A stretch of 64,000 nt of DNA from Amoebophrya sp. A120 (Eukaryota > Protista > Dinoflagellata): the NCBI GenBank assembly GCA_905178155.1, contig CAJINV010000011.1, positions 134,154 through 198,153 of the forward strand, read 5' to 3'. Position numbers and translations under genes: made by a program. This document shows, in pieces, positions 50,746-63,466 of this stretch. The notes below the pieces were generated by a model. That model saw only the letters and a list, made by a program, of their open reading frames with translations. It ran no database searches and was not told where the DNA came from. Each line of letters begins with the position of its first letter. Positions within the stretch are counted from its first letter, which is position 1.

Positions 50746-52434
50746 TCATTTTTCTGCCTCTCGATCTTGCAGAAAATTGCCGCGGCGAGTGAGACTTTCA
50801 TACGCCCCTTTTCTCCATGGATTTCGGTCGGACCGGAAGACTCGCTCGAGAAGCGCGACGAGCTCCCGGCGCTGCTCCACGCGTGTGCAGGGAAAATCTT
50901 CACCTCGCCAAGTTTGTCCTGCCTGGCCGGTGGTGCGGCCAAGGTCAGCATGCGCTCTTTCCAGCACCGGCCCAAGCGACGTCACCGGCATCTTCATGTG
51001 GTCTGCAGTGGGCTCATTTTCCCGTAGTTCTGATTCCCCAAGAAAGTCGCGCAGCTCCGCTACAGCAGCACGCACGTTCTTGACCGCGATGTTGAATTGG
51101 ACAGCGACATGCGGGAGCGAGAACGCGCACGGACTGTGTTCATCGTCCTGTCGATCGGATTGACGCAGCCCGGTAGAAGTTCTTGCGATCGCCCGTAGGG
51201 ACACCTGGTTGACGCACTCAAAGGTAAATTGTTCGTCCAAAAAGCGGGTGCTGGCCGAAGGCGATCCCGATCTCGCTCTCCCGCCGCTGCGCTTGGAATA
51301 GATGCAATGGCGCTGCCACGAGTTCTGATGTTGTCCTCTGCAGTCATTCCCTATCATGTCCGGTAGTTCCGCGGTGAATGGCGCGGCGCTCGGGATACTT
51401 TTCGTGTAAAGGACGTGGACGTAGTTCTTGCAGGGCTCATCTCGTCGTGGTCCTGCTTCAACACCCGCTCCACCGTGGCTTTCGCCTGACGTTGTAGACA
51501 TTTCACCTCCTGTACCTCCGGGGCGTCTTGTAGCCGCACCTCCGCTGGTCGTGGGAAAGAGCACCTGATCCACCTCTTGCGGTGTGGTCAGGAAGGGGTC
51601 TGATGCAGCTCTCGACGACGTCTCATCTAGAGCCAGTACTGACCATTTGAATAAACGAGCTGTCGAAGGAGTGCGGGGGCAGCTCGACTGCGTAGTTGTA
51701 CCGAAATTATCCCTCACCAGCTCGCCCACGATGCAGTGTCGGCGGGAAACGTACACGGTTTTCCTGTGTGGCCAGCTGCGCACGTAGATGCCGCTGACGC
51801 AGGCCGGCGACCGTACGACGAAGGAATCCGGATGCACAAGCTCCGCGTTGCGCGATAGTGAAAGAGGCGACGACGGCAGAAGCGGTTCTTCTTCCGCGGT
51901 AGGTTGTGAGTCCCTAGTACCTTCTCGTAGCAGCGGTTCTCGCGAGGGTGTGACCAGAGTGGAAGATGAAGCAGGCTCGACTTGTTTCAGAGCGGATGAA
52001 CCAACGCCTGCATGCGCGGACCGCGGTTCGACGCTTCTTGACTCCCAGGGATAATACTCGAGCAGTTTTTCTCGAAACGGGCCTTCCATTCGACCTCGCA
52101 GTTGCTCGAGCTTGCCCTCATCTCGAGAGGAAAACGCGTTCCACAGTACGGTGGCTTCCTCTAGGCCAGAATTGCTTGCCGCTGGACTCTTGCTTTGATT
52201 TTCGGTCGTGGACACCTTCGATTTCATTCTGAGATGCGGGCTGTCCTTGTCAGTAGTACCCGAAGTCGACGACACTTGTTCAGACGGATTCTGAAGATGA
52301 CGGGTGTAGTAGTCTTTTAGATCCGCCACGAACGTTGAGCACCCGCCAACGATTTCTGGCAGCTTTAGTAGCTCGGAGTAGGAGCAGATTGTCCGATCGC
52401 CATCATATATCTCCAGGGCAACCTGCAGGGACAC
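50746..52434 (-). CDS. Hypothetical protein (large exon)
   Basis: 562-aa ORF. It may be spliced to neighbouring ORFs. No family recognised. Confidence 0.6.
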   Translation of the reverse strand: MSLQVALEIYDGDRTICSYSELLKLPEIVGGCSTFVADLKDYYTRHLQNPSEQVSSTSGTTDKDSPHLRMKSKVSTTENQSKSPAASNSGLEEATVLWNAFSSRDEGKLEQLRGRMEGPFREKLLEYYPWESRSVEPRSAHAGVGSSALKQVEPASSSTLVTPSREPLLREGTRDSQPTAEEEPLLPSSPLSLSRNAELVHPDSFVVRSPACVSGIYVRSWPHRKTVYVSRRHCIVGELVRDNFGTTTQSSCPRTPSTARLFKWSVLALDETSSRAASDPFLTTPQEVDQVLFPTTSGGAATRRPGGTGGEMSTTSGESHGGAGVEAGPRRDEPCKNYVHVLYTKSIPSAAPFTAELPDMIGNDCRGQHQNSWQRHCIYSKRSGGRARSGSPSASTRFLDEQFTFECVNQVSLRAIARTSTGLRQSDRQDDEHSPCAFSLPHVAVQFNIAVKNVRAAVAELRDFLGESELRENEPTADHMKMPVTSLGPVLERAHADLGRTTGQAGQTWRGEDFPCTRVEQRRELVALLERVFRSDRNPWRKGAYESLTRRGNFLQDREAEK

Positions 52435-52679
52435 CTTGCGCCAGAGTAAAAAGCAAAAAGGCCATCGCTACGAAGCAATCGCGTTTGCTCCTGTCAGCAT
52501 TCATTTACGAACAAAATTTGCCGGAAGAGTTTCATTTTCTATTTTCTACATCCTTGTTCAGGATCACGATTTATGCTGCAAGTCAGGCTGTGGCAAAACG
52601 TAGAAATATAGCAGACTTTATTCCACAGCAGCACATACACATAGAAATAAATCGCAGAGCGATAATGTAGTGACGGCCT

Positions 52680-53940
52680 TTTGCGGGTTCTTGCCGTAGT
52701 CGTCGGAGGCAAATCAGTTGGGCGAACTTGGGCTGCAAAGCCTCGTACACTGACCATATGTAGTTCTTGTTTGTCCACCTGGGTCGCGCAGACGCCGCTC
52801 TTTGGGCCGCGCCTGGTGTGTTTATCTGCGTTTCGTCTGCGTTCCCGCGGCTAGTCCATGAGGTCAAGTTGCCCTGCTCCGGAGGTAGAGGGTCCGTAGG
52901 AGGCGGTAGTTTTGATGACTTTGTTTCATCCACCATGGAAGTCGGAGATGCCAGCGTGACAACTCCCTGCGTCATAGTTGCATGAGCCATAGGTGCCTTT
53001 GTGCCTGACGTGGAGAACTTACGTGCTGCTTCAACGTCGCCTCTTTGTTCCGCGAGCCGCACCTCTCGCTCGAGGAGCTCCGTGGTTAGCACTTTTTTCT
53101 TCAGGCCCATCTTCGCAACCTCGGCCAGCCATTCTTGGACGCGCTCTCTGGCAACTCGGGCATGATCTTCATCGGTGATTTTTTCGTTTGGCATATGAAC
53201 GTCCTCGTGATTGAGGATGTTTGTTCCACGCGGAGGCCGCGTCCCCGGGGATATGACCACGTTCTGGTCGACACCTTTCATCCGTTGTCGAAATTTCTCG
53301 AAAAGGAACCGGTATTCTCTTGCCGTCACCCGGGGCGGACGATGTAGCGACACGCTTGTTCCCGGAAGTTTTTCCATAAAGGCCTGAAGCTCTCTCGCTG
53401 AGCGAGGACCTAGTCGTCCTTCATAGCCCTGGTCCTGGCAGTACTGGAGGATTTTCCGCCACTCCGCCCTTTCTTGGTACACTTGCAGCGTCACGGCCTC
53501 GTCGCGTGTCGTGTACCGGGGGTGTCGTAGTGTGTTCCCGCCACCAGATTTTGTTTCTAGATTTATATCAGGCTGCACCACTACTTCTGAGGATCGCCTC
53601 CTGCACGTTGCCATGTTCCCCGCTCCTGTCTCAGGACTGCGATAGGTACTCGCGCCAGCGTCTCCTCCTGAGGTAGCCATGCCATCTGGGTCTGATTTTG
53701 AGGAGCGATTATAGTGTTGACGGATTTGGATTTCATCTTTACCACCGCTCGCGGCGTCTCTCTCGTGCGACGGCAGCGCTGTCGTGTTTTTCCCGAATGC
53801 ATCGAGGTGGTAGGGGAAGCGAAGGGGCAGACCTGCCCGGACGGCGATGCCCTTCCAGTGCGGGTCTGCAAAGGCCATCAGCAGGTACACGTCCTCATAC
53901 CCGTTGGCCTCCCAGAACGGTAACAACTCGAGATATCGAC
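52680..53940 (-). CDS. Hypothetical protein exon with a possible SAM-like domain
   Basis: 462-aa ORF. LLPFWEANGYEDVYLLMAFADPHWKGIAVRAGLP resembles SAM-domain helices (weak, by eye). Confidence 0.5.
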
Positions 53941-54189
53941 TTGGGAAAAAACAAATCCTTTTGTCGCGCATTCAAACAAGATGAAGTGCTACATCTATAT
54001 CGCGAACGGGTCAAAGTGCTTCAATACAAAAAAAACATAAACGTTTATCTACCGATGCAAACACTCTTCGAGAAGCCTGTCGGCTCGGGCGGTCCTCTAT
54101 TGTCCACGGAGAAAAAAAGCTTGCTCTTCGTGTGGCGGTAGAACCTTCAAATACTTCTTACAGCTCAAAGACTTAGTTTGCCATACGAT

Positions 54190-55955
54190 ATCGAAACCCA
54201 GGGCTTTATGTGCGCCACGAAGTCGGGTAGCACCTGTTCGGGATGGAGGTGGTCTGGGAAGCAGTCCGCACAGCGCTGCAGGAACAGGAAGATTTGGCAC
54301 CCGAGGACGACCCGCTTCACGGCGTTTGGCACACTGTATCCGACAGTCAGAAGCAGATCCGATGGGGGGCTCGCCGAATTGGTCCCGCGCATCGTAGCCG
54401 CGCGCTCTACTTTGGCCGAACGAGCATCCGAGTTTTCCATTTTTGAGTTCCTGCAGGTTTCTTCTTGCCGGCAGCTACCAGCTGGGACTTCCTCTACTCC
54501 AGCTGCTTCTGCCCGCGGATATTTCATTGCCTGTCTATATTTGACTAGGGCGGCCTGGTTCCAGCAGCTGCTTTGCATACGCATGTTCTCCTGCGCTTCT
54601 TTCGAACCATCTATCTCAGCGTTCCGTCGTGCGCCATCATCTTCAAAAACGTCGTTGGCCCCGCCGTGCTGCGTCACTTTCTTGAAGAATTGATCGTCGG
54701 TAAAGCCAATTGGTGGTGGTCTTGGAGAAGTACAGGCAGGAGGCTGCTGTGTCCTGAGCGGGACGACCTTCGAAGAATTTCCGTTAGCACCGACCACTGT
54801 TGTCGCTGCATCCTCCGTGAGCAGCGTAGTAGTGCCGACCACGGGGTGGTTTTGAAAAGTACCGGTAGCAGTCGTACTGGCACCACCTCCCCCTCCTGCA
54901 CGAAGATTTCCAGTCAGCCCCCTTGCTCGTGGCGCAACGAGACCTCCGTGGGCCACGGCTGCGTCGCTGCCGCCTTGTTCGGACTCGACTTTTGCCATGA
55001 CTCGCCCTCCTGGGAACGAGAAGTCAGACTCTTCGCTAGATGAAGGTGTAGTGGAGCCGCTCTCCTTTCTGCTGCTGCTTTTGCGCGGTGTGTCGAAGCA
55101 TCCCGGACGACCCGGTTCGTGGGATGTGGCTGTGGCTGCTTCCGTGGGCAGCGGATGCTCACACTCTGTAGGCACTGCCAGTTTTGGAAGTTCTTCCAAT
55201 GCCGCTCCTGCGGCCTCCTTCGGCAGCACCGGGTTCATCTGATGCTTGCAGTCGGTAGTAGCAGCACCGCCTGCATCCTTTCGTAGTTTTTGTCTCTCCA
55301 CTGCAGTATGTCGATCAAGAAACTCGTGGAAACGGCGGATGCCAGGCCCGAACTCCTCCTGCAGCTGCGGATACCGCAGACCAATACCTCCGTGCTGGAA
55401 AAGGCCTAAGCGATGCGAGACGAGTCGCTCGCAGAAATGCACGATCGAGTTGGAACTGGCTAGGTAGTTTCCGAGAATCGCTTTGGCCACACTGCGGGCC
55501 TCCTCGTCGCATACACCGAGGATCGCATCACAAAAATTGAAAAGAATCAACTTGTTGTCGTGGTTTTGCGAGTCGTCCGGCAGCGGAGCGGTCTGGTGTC
55601 GCAGTCGCGGCAAGCTGTGCCGGTCATTTATCCTCCCGGACACGGTTGGGGACGTGTGGATTGACACCGCCTTTCTTTGCGGCCAGAGATGGCACTCCGT
55701 GTGTTGCTCGTTGTTAGAACTCAAGGCGATATTAGCTGACTTCGTGTAGTCGGAACCCTCGTCGCAAAAATCCCGGTGCATTTGGAGCATCCCCGTTGAC
55801 GGCTCAATGCAGCTGGCATACCTGGTAGACGTGTAAGTAGAACCAGCAGTAGAATTCGATCCACTTTTATACGTCAAAATTTTAGGAGAAGAAGCATGAG
55901 GGCGGAAAACTTGTGACCGGTATAGCTCCGGGTTCCGCTTACGGGGTGCACTCAA
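54190..55955 (-). CDS. Hypothetical protein (large low-complexity exon), possibly the same gene as 52680-53940
   Basis: 596-aa ORF 54165..55955. Confidence 0.55.
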
Positions 55956-56043
55956 GCTGCAGGGTTTCGTCTACTATCAACAAACATAGTTCCTGCTCAT
56001 TTTCATTTACTCGCTCTAGTTCATTGCTAATACATCACCGGCG

Positions 56044-57102
56044 CTACCGATCGCAAAGACCGTCCCTTTCGGCCGCCTTTTTTCGGTCCGGGAGGAGCCG
56101 CGTCACCTCCAACACGACGTTGTTCGGCGACTGCGCAGCCCGCGCTAGCATGTCGCCGACCCTCCGGGCCTCGACCGGCGTCCGGACGCAAATGTCTTTT
56201 TCCCCATTCACCGCGAGAAGCTTTGCGTAGGTGGGGAACTCGTGCTCGTGCTTCGCTAGTGCGCTCAACACAAGAGCTATGGCCCTGCCATCGTCCTCCG
56301 CCTCTTCCGCTTGTTCTACTCCGCGCAGAAAACATTTTTTGTCGATGAATCGCAGTACTACATTCCCGTCACACGTCACGGTGAGCACTTCTGCGCAGCG
56401 AGAAAAATCCCGTCCCGATTCGCAGGTAATGAGCCAGCTGGTGTTCCACGCGATAGACTGGCAGCTACGGGTGCCAGCATCTTCCAGCTATGCAATGCAG
56501 AATCATCGTGGTCGCTATTTCGTAAAACTAGTACAGTCAATTGCACGGAAAAGTAAGAGGCAGCAGGTGAAGATTGGTCATGAAAAAATATATATCAGAA
56601 GTACGATAACGACGAGAGAACGCGATAGTTTTGCACCGGATCATACCAAGATGGTGGTCGGAAGCTCGTGTGCCCTTCGCCAATACGTCGGTCCGATGCC
56701 ACCCGCGTTGAAGTACCAAACGGCGCCATACGGCTCGGGGTAGGTAGTCAAGAACAACATTTTCGAAGCTTCTTGTAGTGAGGACCTGCAGCTCGTGGTC
56801 CTGGGGCTTTTGTGTGATGCGGACGGCGGCATTGTGTTTGTGTACGTGTTATTTCCGCAGAAAATGTTGTGACGTTTCTTATCGCGCTCTAGACGAGGAG
56901 AGTTGTCGTGGAGAAAACGTCGCTCGAATAATTCCTGGCTGGTAGGTGGGGTCGTGCAAGATAGAGTGACCGTGTGCCGCGAGAAACGGACAGAGAAGTT
57001 GGTCGTCGATCCGGCATTTTTTAGCACATCACGACCAGACGAATTTGCGCCGTCTTGTTGAATCACCCCGCACCGCCACGGTTCGGGTCCGCGGAGTCGC
57101 AA
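56044..57102 (-). CDS. Hypothetical protein, at least 2 exons
   Basis: ORFs 56641..57102 and 56044..56388 are separated by an AT-rich gap at ~56490-56645. Confidence 0.45.
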
Positions 57103-57426
57103 CGAAAGTTCTTCAATCTGCAGGTCTTGTTCCCTTATTTCTTCATCGTCGCTCTCGCTGCTAATAGGGCGCGGAGGACCCCAGCTTCGTATATTTTGGA
57201 TTTTTTTTGTCGAGTGATGAGTAACACACTATGCGGTTTTTACTGATGATGCAGATGAAGAAGTGAGTTTATTCATTCGAAAAAGGGCTGTACTGTTTAG
57301 AAAATGACCATTTGTGTGTAGCAGGCCTGGGCACTATATAAGGAAATCAAAATGACGTTCGGCAAATGTTGGTTTTTAAGGAAAAGTTCACTGGAGCAAT
57401 TCTTTTGGTAGTTTTTTTTCAATGCT

Positions 57427-58830
57427 CTACCTCGTCTTGAACCGCCGACCGGGTGCTCCTCCCGCAAGTCGTTTCGCCGGATGCATTCCGAGGACGTGAA
57501 GCTTTGGCACCGTACTAGCGCCTGCACGACCCACCTCTTGCTCAGTCGCGCCGGCGATCGCCTGACGATCGCCTGCGATCACCCGCAGCGCTGTAAAAAT
57601 CGTGACACTAGAAGCGCAGCGGGATGAAACGGTTTCGTGACTGCATCCCCGGGGTGGAATAGTAGAATCGGCCACCGTCGTAGTCCAACCCGTCCCGGCG
57701 CCGGCCACGCTGCTTTGTCTGACGACGTCGTGCAGCAAAAGCTGGTAGTTCCGTCGACTCAACTCGGACGTGGCTGCCTGATCGCTTTCGTCCCCTGCGT
57801 TCCGGCCCTTGTAGTTCGTGTTTGGCCCTGCCGCAACGAGCTTCCGTGCCGCCGTACTGGTGCTGCTTTTTGCCATGACCGCCACCCACGTCGTGCGCTT
57901 CGCCTCCTCTTCCTCTGAGGCGAATCGTTTGAATGCCGCGGAATGATGATCATGAGTTGATGTAGATGTGGTAACACTTCTGGGTGAAGAAGAAGAAGAA
58001 GAGGGTTTCTCCACCGGCTCTCCTGGTAGTCCTCCCGACCACCGGCTCTTTTCAAGGCTGCACCAGACTCGTTCCCCCCGCTGCCGCACTTTGCGTATCT
58101 CGTGGTACGCCTGCACACAGTCCTCGTTCGCGAACGCGAAACTGGAGAACAGGCGGTAGAGCAATCCGTTGTCTACTCCTTCACACACGTCCTGCTGGCC
58201 GGCGGCCTGACGGCGTGGTTGGTTTTGTAGTGCGGTTCCAGTTTCACTTCCAGTTCCGCCACCCGCTCTCCGGGGGTCGTGTGTTTGCGTCATTGCGCGG
58301 GATGTTAAACTGGACGACATTAAAAATTGCAGTTCAGCTTTCTGCTTTGATGGATTTTGCTCCGTCGGCGACGCGGCGACCAAAAACGCTCCATACTTCA
58401 CCTCGCGAAGCAATTTCTCGCGGATTTCCGGACAAATCGCGTACAGGAACGGGAATACGTCTTGGATTCCGAAGGCCTCCACAAGAACTTGCTGCGGTTG
58501 GTGTACACAACCGTCGCCTCGGTCCGGCCTCGTGCCGACTTTGATGACCTTGCCAATGGCGGCAACACTGTGCTGCGTATCCATTGCAAAAGGAAAAGCT
58601 GTATCGGACTTTTTAGTGTAAATCGCATGACAAATGGAAATTTTTGTACGAAGGTTATTTCAGAATCAAATAGATTTTGTGATGCTCAATTGGGTAGGAA
58701 AGCAGATCTGTCATGCATAAATGCGATTCGTTGTACGATCAGCATGATACTTTGGCACAGGTGGATACTGTTTGTGATCACGCAAAAGCAGCACTTCGCC
58801 CAGAAGCTCGTCCTCATCCACAGTCAGGAA
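57427..58830 (-). CDS. Hypothetical protein, multi-exon
   Basis: 385-aa ORF 57427..58584 plus a short upstream coding-like block at ~58750-58830. Confidence 0.5.
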
Positions 58831-60179
58831 ATTTGTCATCTTGTTCTGGTGTTTTTCGATGGATACAGAAATTTTTTGGTTTATCCTTATTTCGTTTTGT
58901 CGACAATAGCGACGAGAACGGCGTCCTATCTTTGACTTTATAGTGACCCTATCCCTGCTACTATTTTATGTGTTTTTTATAGTTCATCATTCCGCTGTCC
59001 ATGATTGCTGGGTAAAGACATCATGTTGGTGACACCACCTACAAAAGACACATTAAAATCGCAGTGCGTGTGTGTCAGTGTTTTGAGGATCATAATCCAT
59101 AAGTACGCGACGCAAACTGAAATGTAAGCACACACAACATGATGCATACGAATATGAAAATTTGTTGATTCTGAAATGGTAGGTGGCATAGGATAGGATC
59201 CTAAGAAGCAAATAATTGATGTGATTCGCAGATTTCGCTGAACTTTTTTTCATCCGGAATGGCGTTGTATTCCGTTTTGTTGTATTCATCTTCGGTTTTG
59301 CAGAGTTGCGCGTGTGTGCTTGCAATGCGGCGTTTTATCGTCGGCCATCGCTTTCTTGCTTCGCCTTTTTGCGAGTTTTTTGTTCGTCAGTAATCTACGA
59401 GGCTGAAAAATGGAAATCTTTGAGAAAGACGCTTTCTGTTAGGAACACCACCGTCAATGCAGACGAAGAAGTATTAATTCGGCAGCGAAAGCAGTTGCTG
59501 CAGCGTCTCGTCTACTCATAAAAATCTCCATATTTACATCCAACGCCAGAGTCGTCAAACAAATCCGATAGGATTTGAACAATCTCGTATATGTACAGTA
59601 GGTTCTTTTCGAATGAAATAATCGCTAGTTGTTGATGCTAATTTTAGCCTTTAACCGTCGTTGGATGCTCATTTATTTCGCTGGTAATCTCATCGGTAAC
59701 TCTATTCTTAGTTTCTACAAATTTAGCTTGTATAAATTTCTATTCGCTGAAAAAAAATTCATTTCTGGAAAACGCTTTCTTTGCTTTGCCGAGGTATCTC
59801 TTCGTTAGGTTTTATCTTTCTCGCGAACTATTTTGTAGCCATCATTTACATGACCGCATTATACTCTATCTCCAGGTGGCAAGGAAATTTAGTGGTCATC
59901 AACGTCAATATACACATCGACATCACTTGCAACATCTACTGCTAGTCTGGAACGGGATAAACAAAACACTGTCTACAACAACCATAGGAAGTAAGTGGAA
60001 AATCATCGACCCTAATTCTGCGGTGAACGTGATCGTTAAGCAACCGCAGCGCAAATAACAATATCAGGCCTGCCTAGGTTACTTTCACAGATCACTTCTT
60101 CTTGAGTTCCGAACAACTCTAGCCTGCTCGACATAATTCAGGAAAAGAACTCGAATTCGAGTTCTACCGCAAGCTCGTG

Positions 60180-60320
60180 ACTACCTATGCATTGCAAATC
60201 TCCCGCGACGTCTGGAAAAGTGCAACTTGTCATGCTTCCTTTGGATTCGGACAAACGTGCGTGAACGTGACAAACGTGACAAACACTCTTCCAGACCCAG
60301 ACAGATTTGCATCTGATACT
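60180..60320 (-). mobile_element. Short family A intron in a further minus-strand gene (exons around 60.1-61.05 kb)
   Basis: TGCAAATCTCCCGCGACGTCTGGAA (~60193) / CTTCCAGACCCAGACAGATTTGCA (~60288). Confidence 0.6.
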
Positions 60321-61517
60321 GCCAGCGGCCGTCCCGAAGAGGTTTGCGTTGCCCTGCCCGGTTACCAGCGTGTCCCGCGGGTCGCCGATCTCGAACAGAT
60401 CCACCGTTGCTATCAAGTTGTTCCCGAACATCACTACATTGACTGCTGCTACGTGCTTTTGTAATGCCAGAATAGCAATTGCAATTACCAAAAGGGCGGA
60501 GGGTGATAGTCAAAATTACAGAATTGCATGACAATAAATTCTGTAGCAGCACCAGACAATGTAACGTTTGAGAACTGCATAGCTACGACCCCCTTGACTG
60601 CAACGGACCCGCCAAACGCGGAAAACGTGGTACTGTTCTGCAACAGGTAGTAGGATATGCATTGAAAATAGGTCTAGAGATTTGAGAGTAGATTTCGAGT
60701 GAAAATCTGCATTGCTCATTTGATTTCGAGTACTGTAGAGAAAATTCAAAATGCCGCATGACAAACCAAAGGTAAGGTACTAGCAGTTCCTCGTGTAATG
60801 CAGAAAAGTGTATGTTGTCACGACCCTGTACTATCCGTAAATTCGCCATGCGCAGCTACTGCGTACTAAGTAAAGCTACATCAAGTACGACCCTTCTACT
60901 AGTCCCAGACGCAATTCTTTTTGCAATGAATATCGTAAGCCTTCTCCAACACCACGCGCCGGCGAACGGAGGCGAAACCGAGGTCGACGGTCACAGTGAG
61001 GAAATGCGTATCACCAATTTCGTAGTGAGCAGCGGGTAGCAGCGGCAGACTCGTACTCGTTTTCTTCTTCCCGCACGAAGCACGGACCGTTCCGCCGAGA
61101 GGGTATGGACTGTAAAAACTCCTCCTGATTGCTTTTGTCGCTCACTGTGTCAGCATGACAATAGATCGGGTGCCGAAAAAACTAATTTTTGCTACGTCTA
61201 GCTTTTTTGTAAGTATGGTCCGGTATATTAATTTTGCATTCCCGGATCTACAACAAGCACCGTAGCGACCACGGGCCACACAGATTTTATGAAGTATCGT
61301 ACTATGTACATTTTTGTTTTCTAGAAACGCAGCAGAAACTATGTTAGTAAACAACGGTGACTACGAGAGAGGGGCGTTTTGTCTTTGGATAAGCTCCCAT
61401 CCAAGTTTACAACACGGACGACCTGCATGTAATTGGTTTTTTAGTTTGAGACTTGCAATGCTATATGTCTTTTTTCTGCATGATGACGTTGCGCCATTGG
61501 ATATTAACAAAAGAGTA

Positions 61518-63466
61518 GGCGTGGGCCTGTAGGCCTAAATTCCGGTCGGTTGGTCGGTCGGTTGGTTGGTTTTGGACAGACGACAATTGACCGAATTTCC
61601 GACTTATGGAAAAACGCATATCGGTTTCGGATTTAGAAGACAACCGCAACGGCAAGGAGGGCGAAACACGATAGGGGGGTGGTCGGGGCGCGCGGCGCAC
61701 CTGCCTCCCTACCGGGGCTGCAGCCCGCCCCTGCGAGGCTGGTAGCGCCGCATCCTATCGCCGCCCAGTAGGCACTTCCGCCAGGGCGGCAGAAAGGTCT
61801 CGGCAGAAGGAGAGTTCGATGTGTCCACGCAACACAGACGCAAATCTGTGTTGCGTGGACGCCAATCTGTGTTGCGCGCGCCACAGATCTGTGCTGCGCG
61901 CAGCTCGCCGCAGACACAAATCTCCGCTGCGTGCGCGCAGCACAAATCGGCGTTGCGCGCAAATCTGTGCTGCGTGTTGCGCGCAAATCTGTGCTGCGCG
62001 CAGCTCGCCGGAGACACAAATCTGTGTTGCGTGGGCGCGCATCTGTGTTGCGCGCAACACAAAGCAGTGTTGCGCGCAGCTCGCTGCCGACACAGATCTG
62101 TGCTGCGTGGACGCAATCGGAGCTCCAGGGGGCCTCGTGAGAGTTTGCGCCTGTCTGTGAGATAGAAAGAGGTCGGGGCTCCAATGCTGCATTTTTCTCC
62201 AGCCACGGCCTGCGTTTCCTCAACCCAAGCAAAACACACTTGGGAAATAGAGACAAATTCGCGCAAAATTTGGATCAGCCCCCGCTTGGTCAAGCCGAGC
62301 GGGGGCTTTTTGCGCAACCCCTTGGCTTCGCGAGTCCCTTGCTTGCAAGCCCCCTGCTAATAGATTGGGCCATAGGCGACGCACGCTCGCCCCACCCCCT
62401 CCCCCCCCGCTTGGCAGGTGGGCTGGTAGGTCGGTAGGCGTGGCNNNNNNNNNNNNNNNNNNNNNNNNNNNNNNNNNNNNNNNNNNNNNNNNNNNNNNNN
62501 NNNNNNNNNNNNNNNNNNNNNNNNNNNNNNNNNNNNNNNNNNNNNNNNNNNNNNNNNNNNNNNNNNNNNNNNNNNNNNNNNNNNNNNNNNNNNNNNNNNN
62601 NNNNNNNNNNNNNNNNNNNNNNNNNNNNNNNNNNNNNNNNNNNNNNNNNNNNNNNNNNNNNNNNNNNNNNNNNNNNNNNNNNNNNNNNNNNNNNNNNNNN
62701 NNNNNNNNNNNNNNNNNNNNNNNNNNNNNNNNNNNNNNNNNNNNNNNNNNNNNNNNNNNNNNNNNNNNNNNNNNNNNNNNNNNNNNNNNNNNNNNNNNNN
62801 NNNNNNNNNNNNNNNNNNNNNNNNNNNNNNNNNNNNNNNNNNNNNNNNNNNNNNNNNNNNNNNNNNNNNNNNNNNNNNNNNNNNNNNNNNNNNNNNNNNN
62901 NNNNNNNNNNNNNNNNNNNNNNNNNNNNNNNNNNNNNNNNNNNNNNNNNNNNNNNNNNNNNNNNNNNNNNNNNNNNNNNNNNNNNNNNNNNNNNNNNNNN
63001 NNNNNNNNNNNNNNNNNNNNNNNNNNNNNNNNNNNNNNNNNNNNNNNNNNNNNNNNNNNNNNNNNNNNNNNNNNNNNNNNNNNNNNNNNNNNNNNNNNNN
63101 NNNCCTCGCCCCACCCACCCACCAGGCTGGTGGGTCGGTAGGTCGGTAGGCGTGGCCAATAGGCAGCGCGCGCTCCCTCGCCCCACCTACCCACCATGTG
63201 GGTGGGTAGGTCGGTAGGCGTGACCAGTAGGCAGCTGTCTCTGGGTGGCAAGGGATAGGTAGGTAGGTGGATCGGTGCGATCACGGTACTACAATGAATC
63301 GAAAAGACGCCAGGTAGGTGGGTAGGTAGGCAGCTTCAACAGTAATAATAGATGAATCTCAGAAAAACACAAAACACAATGGAGCGGGTTCGGTCAATTG
63401 TCGTCTGTCCAAAACCAACCAACCGACCGACCAACCGACCGGAATTTAGGCCTACAGGCCCACGCC
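61518..63466. mobile_element. Apparently non-autonomous TIR element with TA target duplication (Tc1/mariner-type ends); spans an assembly gap
   Basis: Perfect ~78-bp TIRs GGCGTGGGCCTGTAGGCCTAAATTCCGGTCGG...GACAATTGACCGAA at 61518-61595 and 63389-63466. TA at 61516-61517 and 63467-63468. Internal AAATCTGTGTTGCG and GGTAGGTCGGTAGG repeats. Confidence 0.85.
62445..63103. other. Assembly gap (N run)
   Basis: 659 Ns. Confidence 1.

Noticed and set aside
53932-54193. 8-bp direct repeat GATATCGA as an exact intron boundary joining ORFs 54165 and 52583
   Set aside because: Splicing at this repeat puts the two ORFs out of frame, so the junction could not be resolved.
40295-58584. Stop-codon reassignment, as reported for one Amoebophrya lineage
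   Set aside because: Exons of 400-630 codons are open in the standard code and use CAA/CAG and TGG normally. Breaks are explained by introns.
61633-63284. ORFs in the TIR element and across the N run
   Set aside because: They are translations of simple repeats and Ns.
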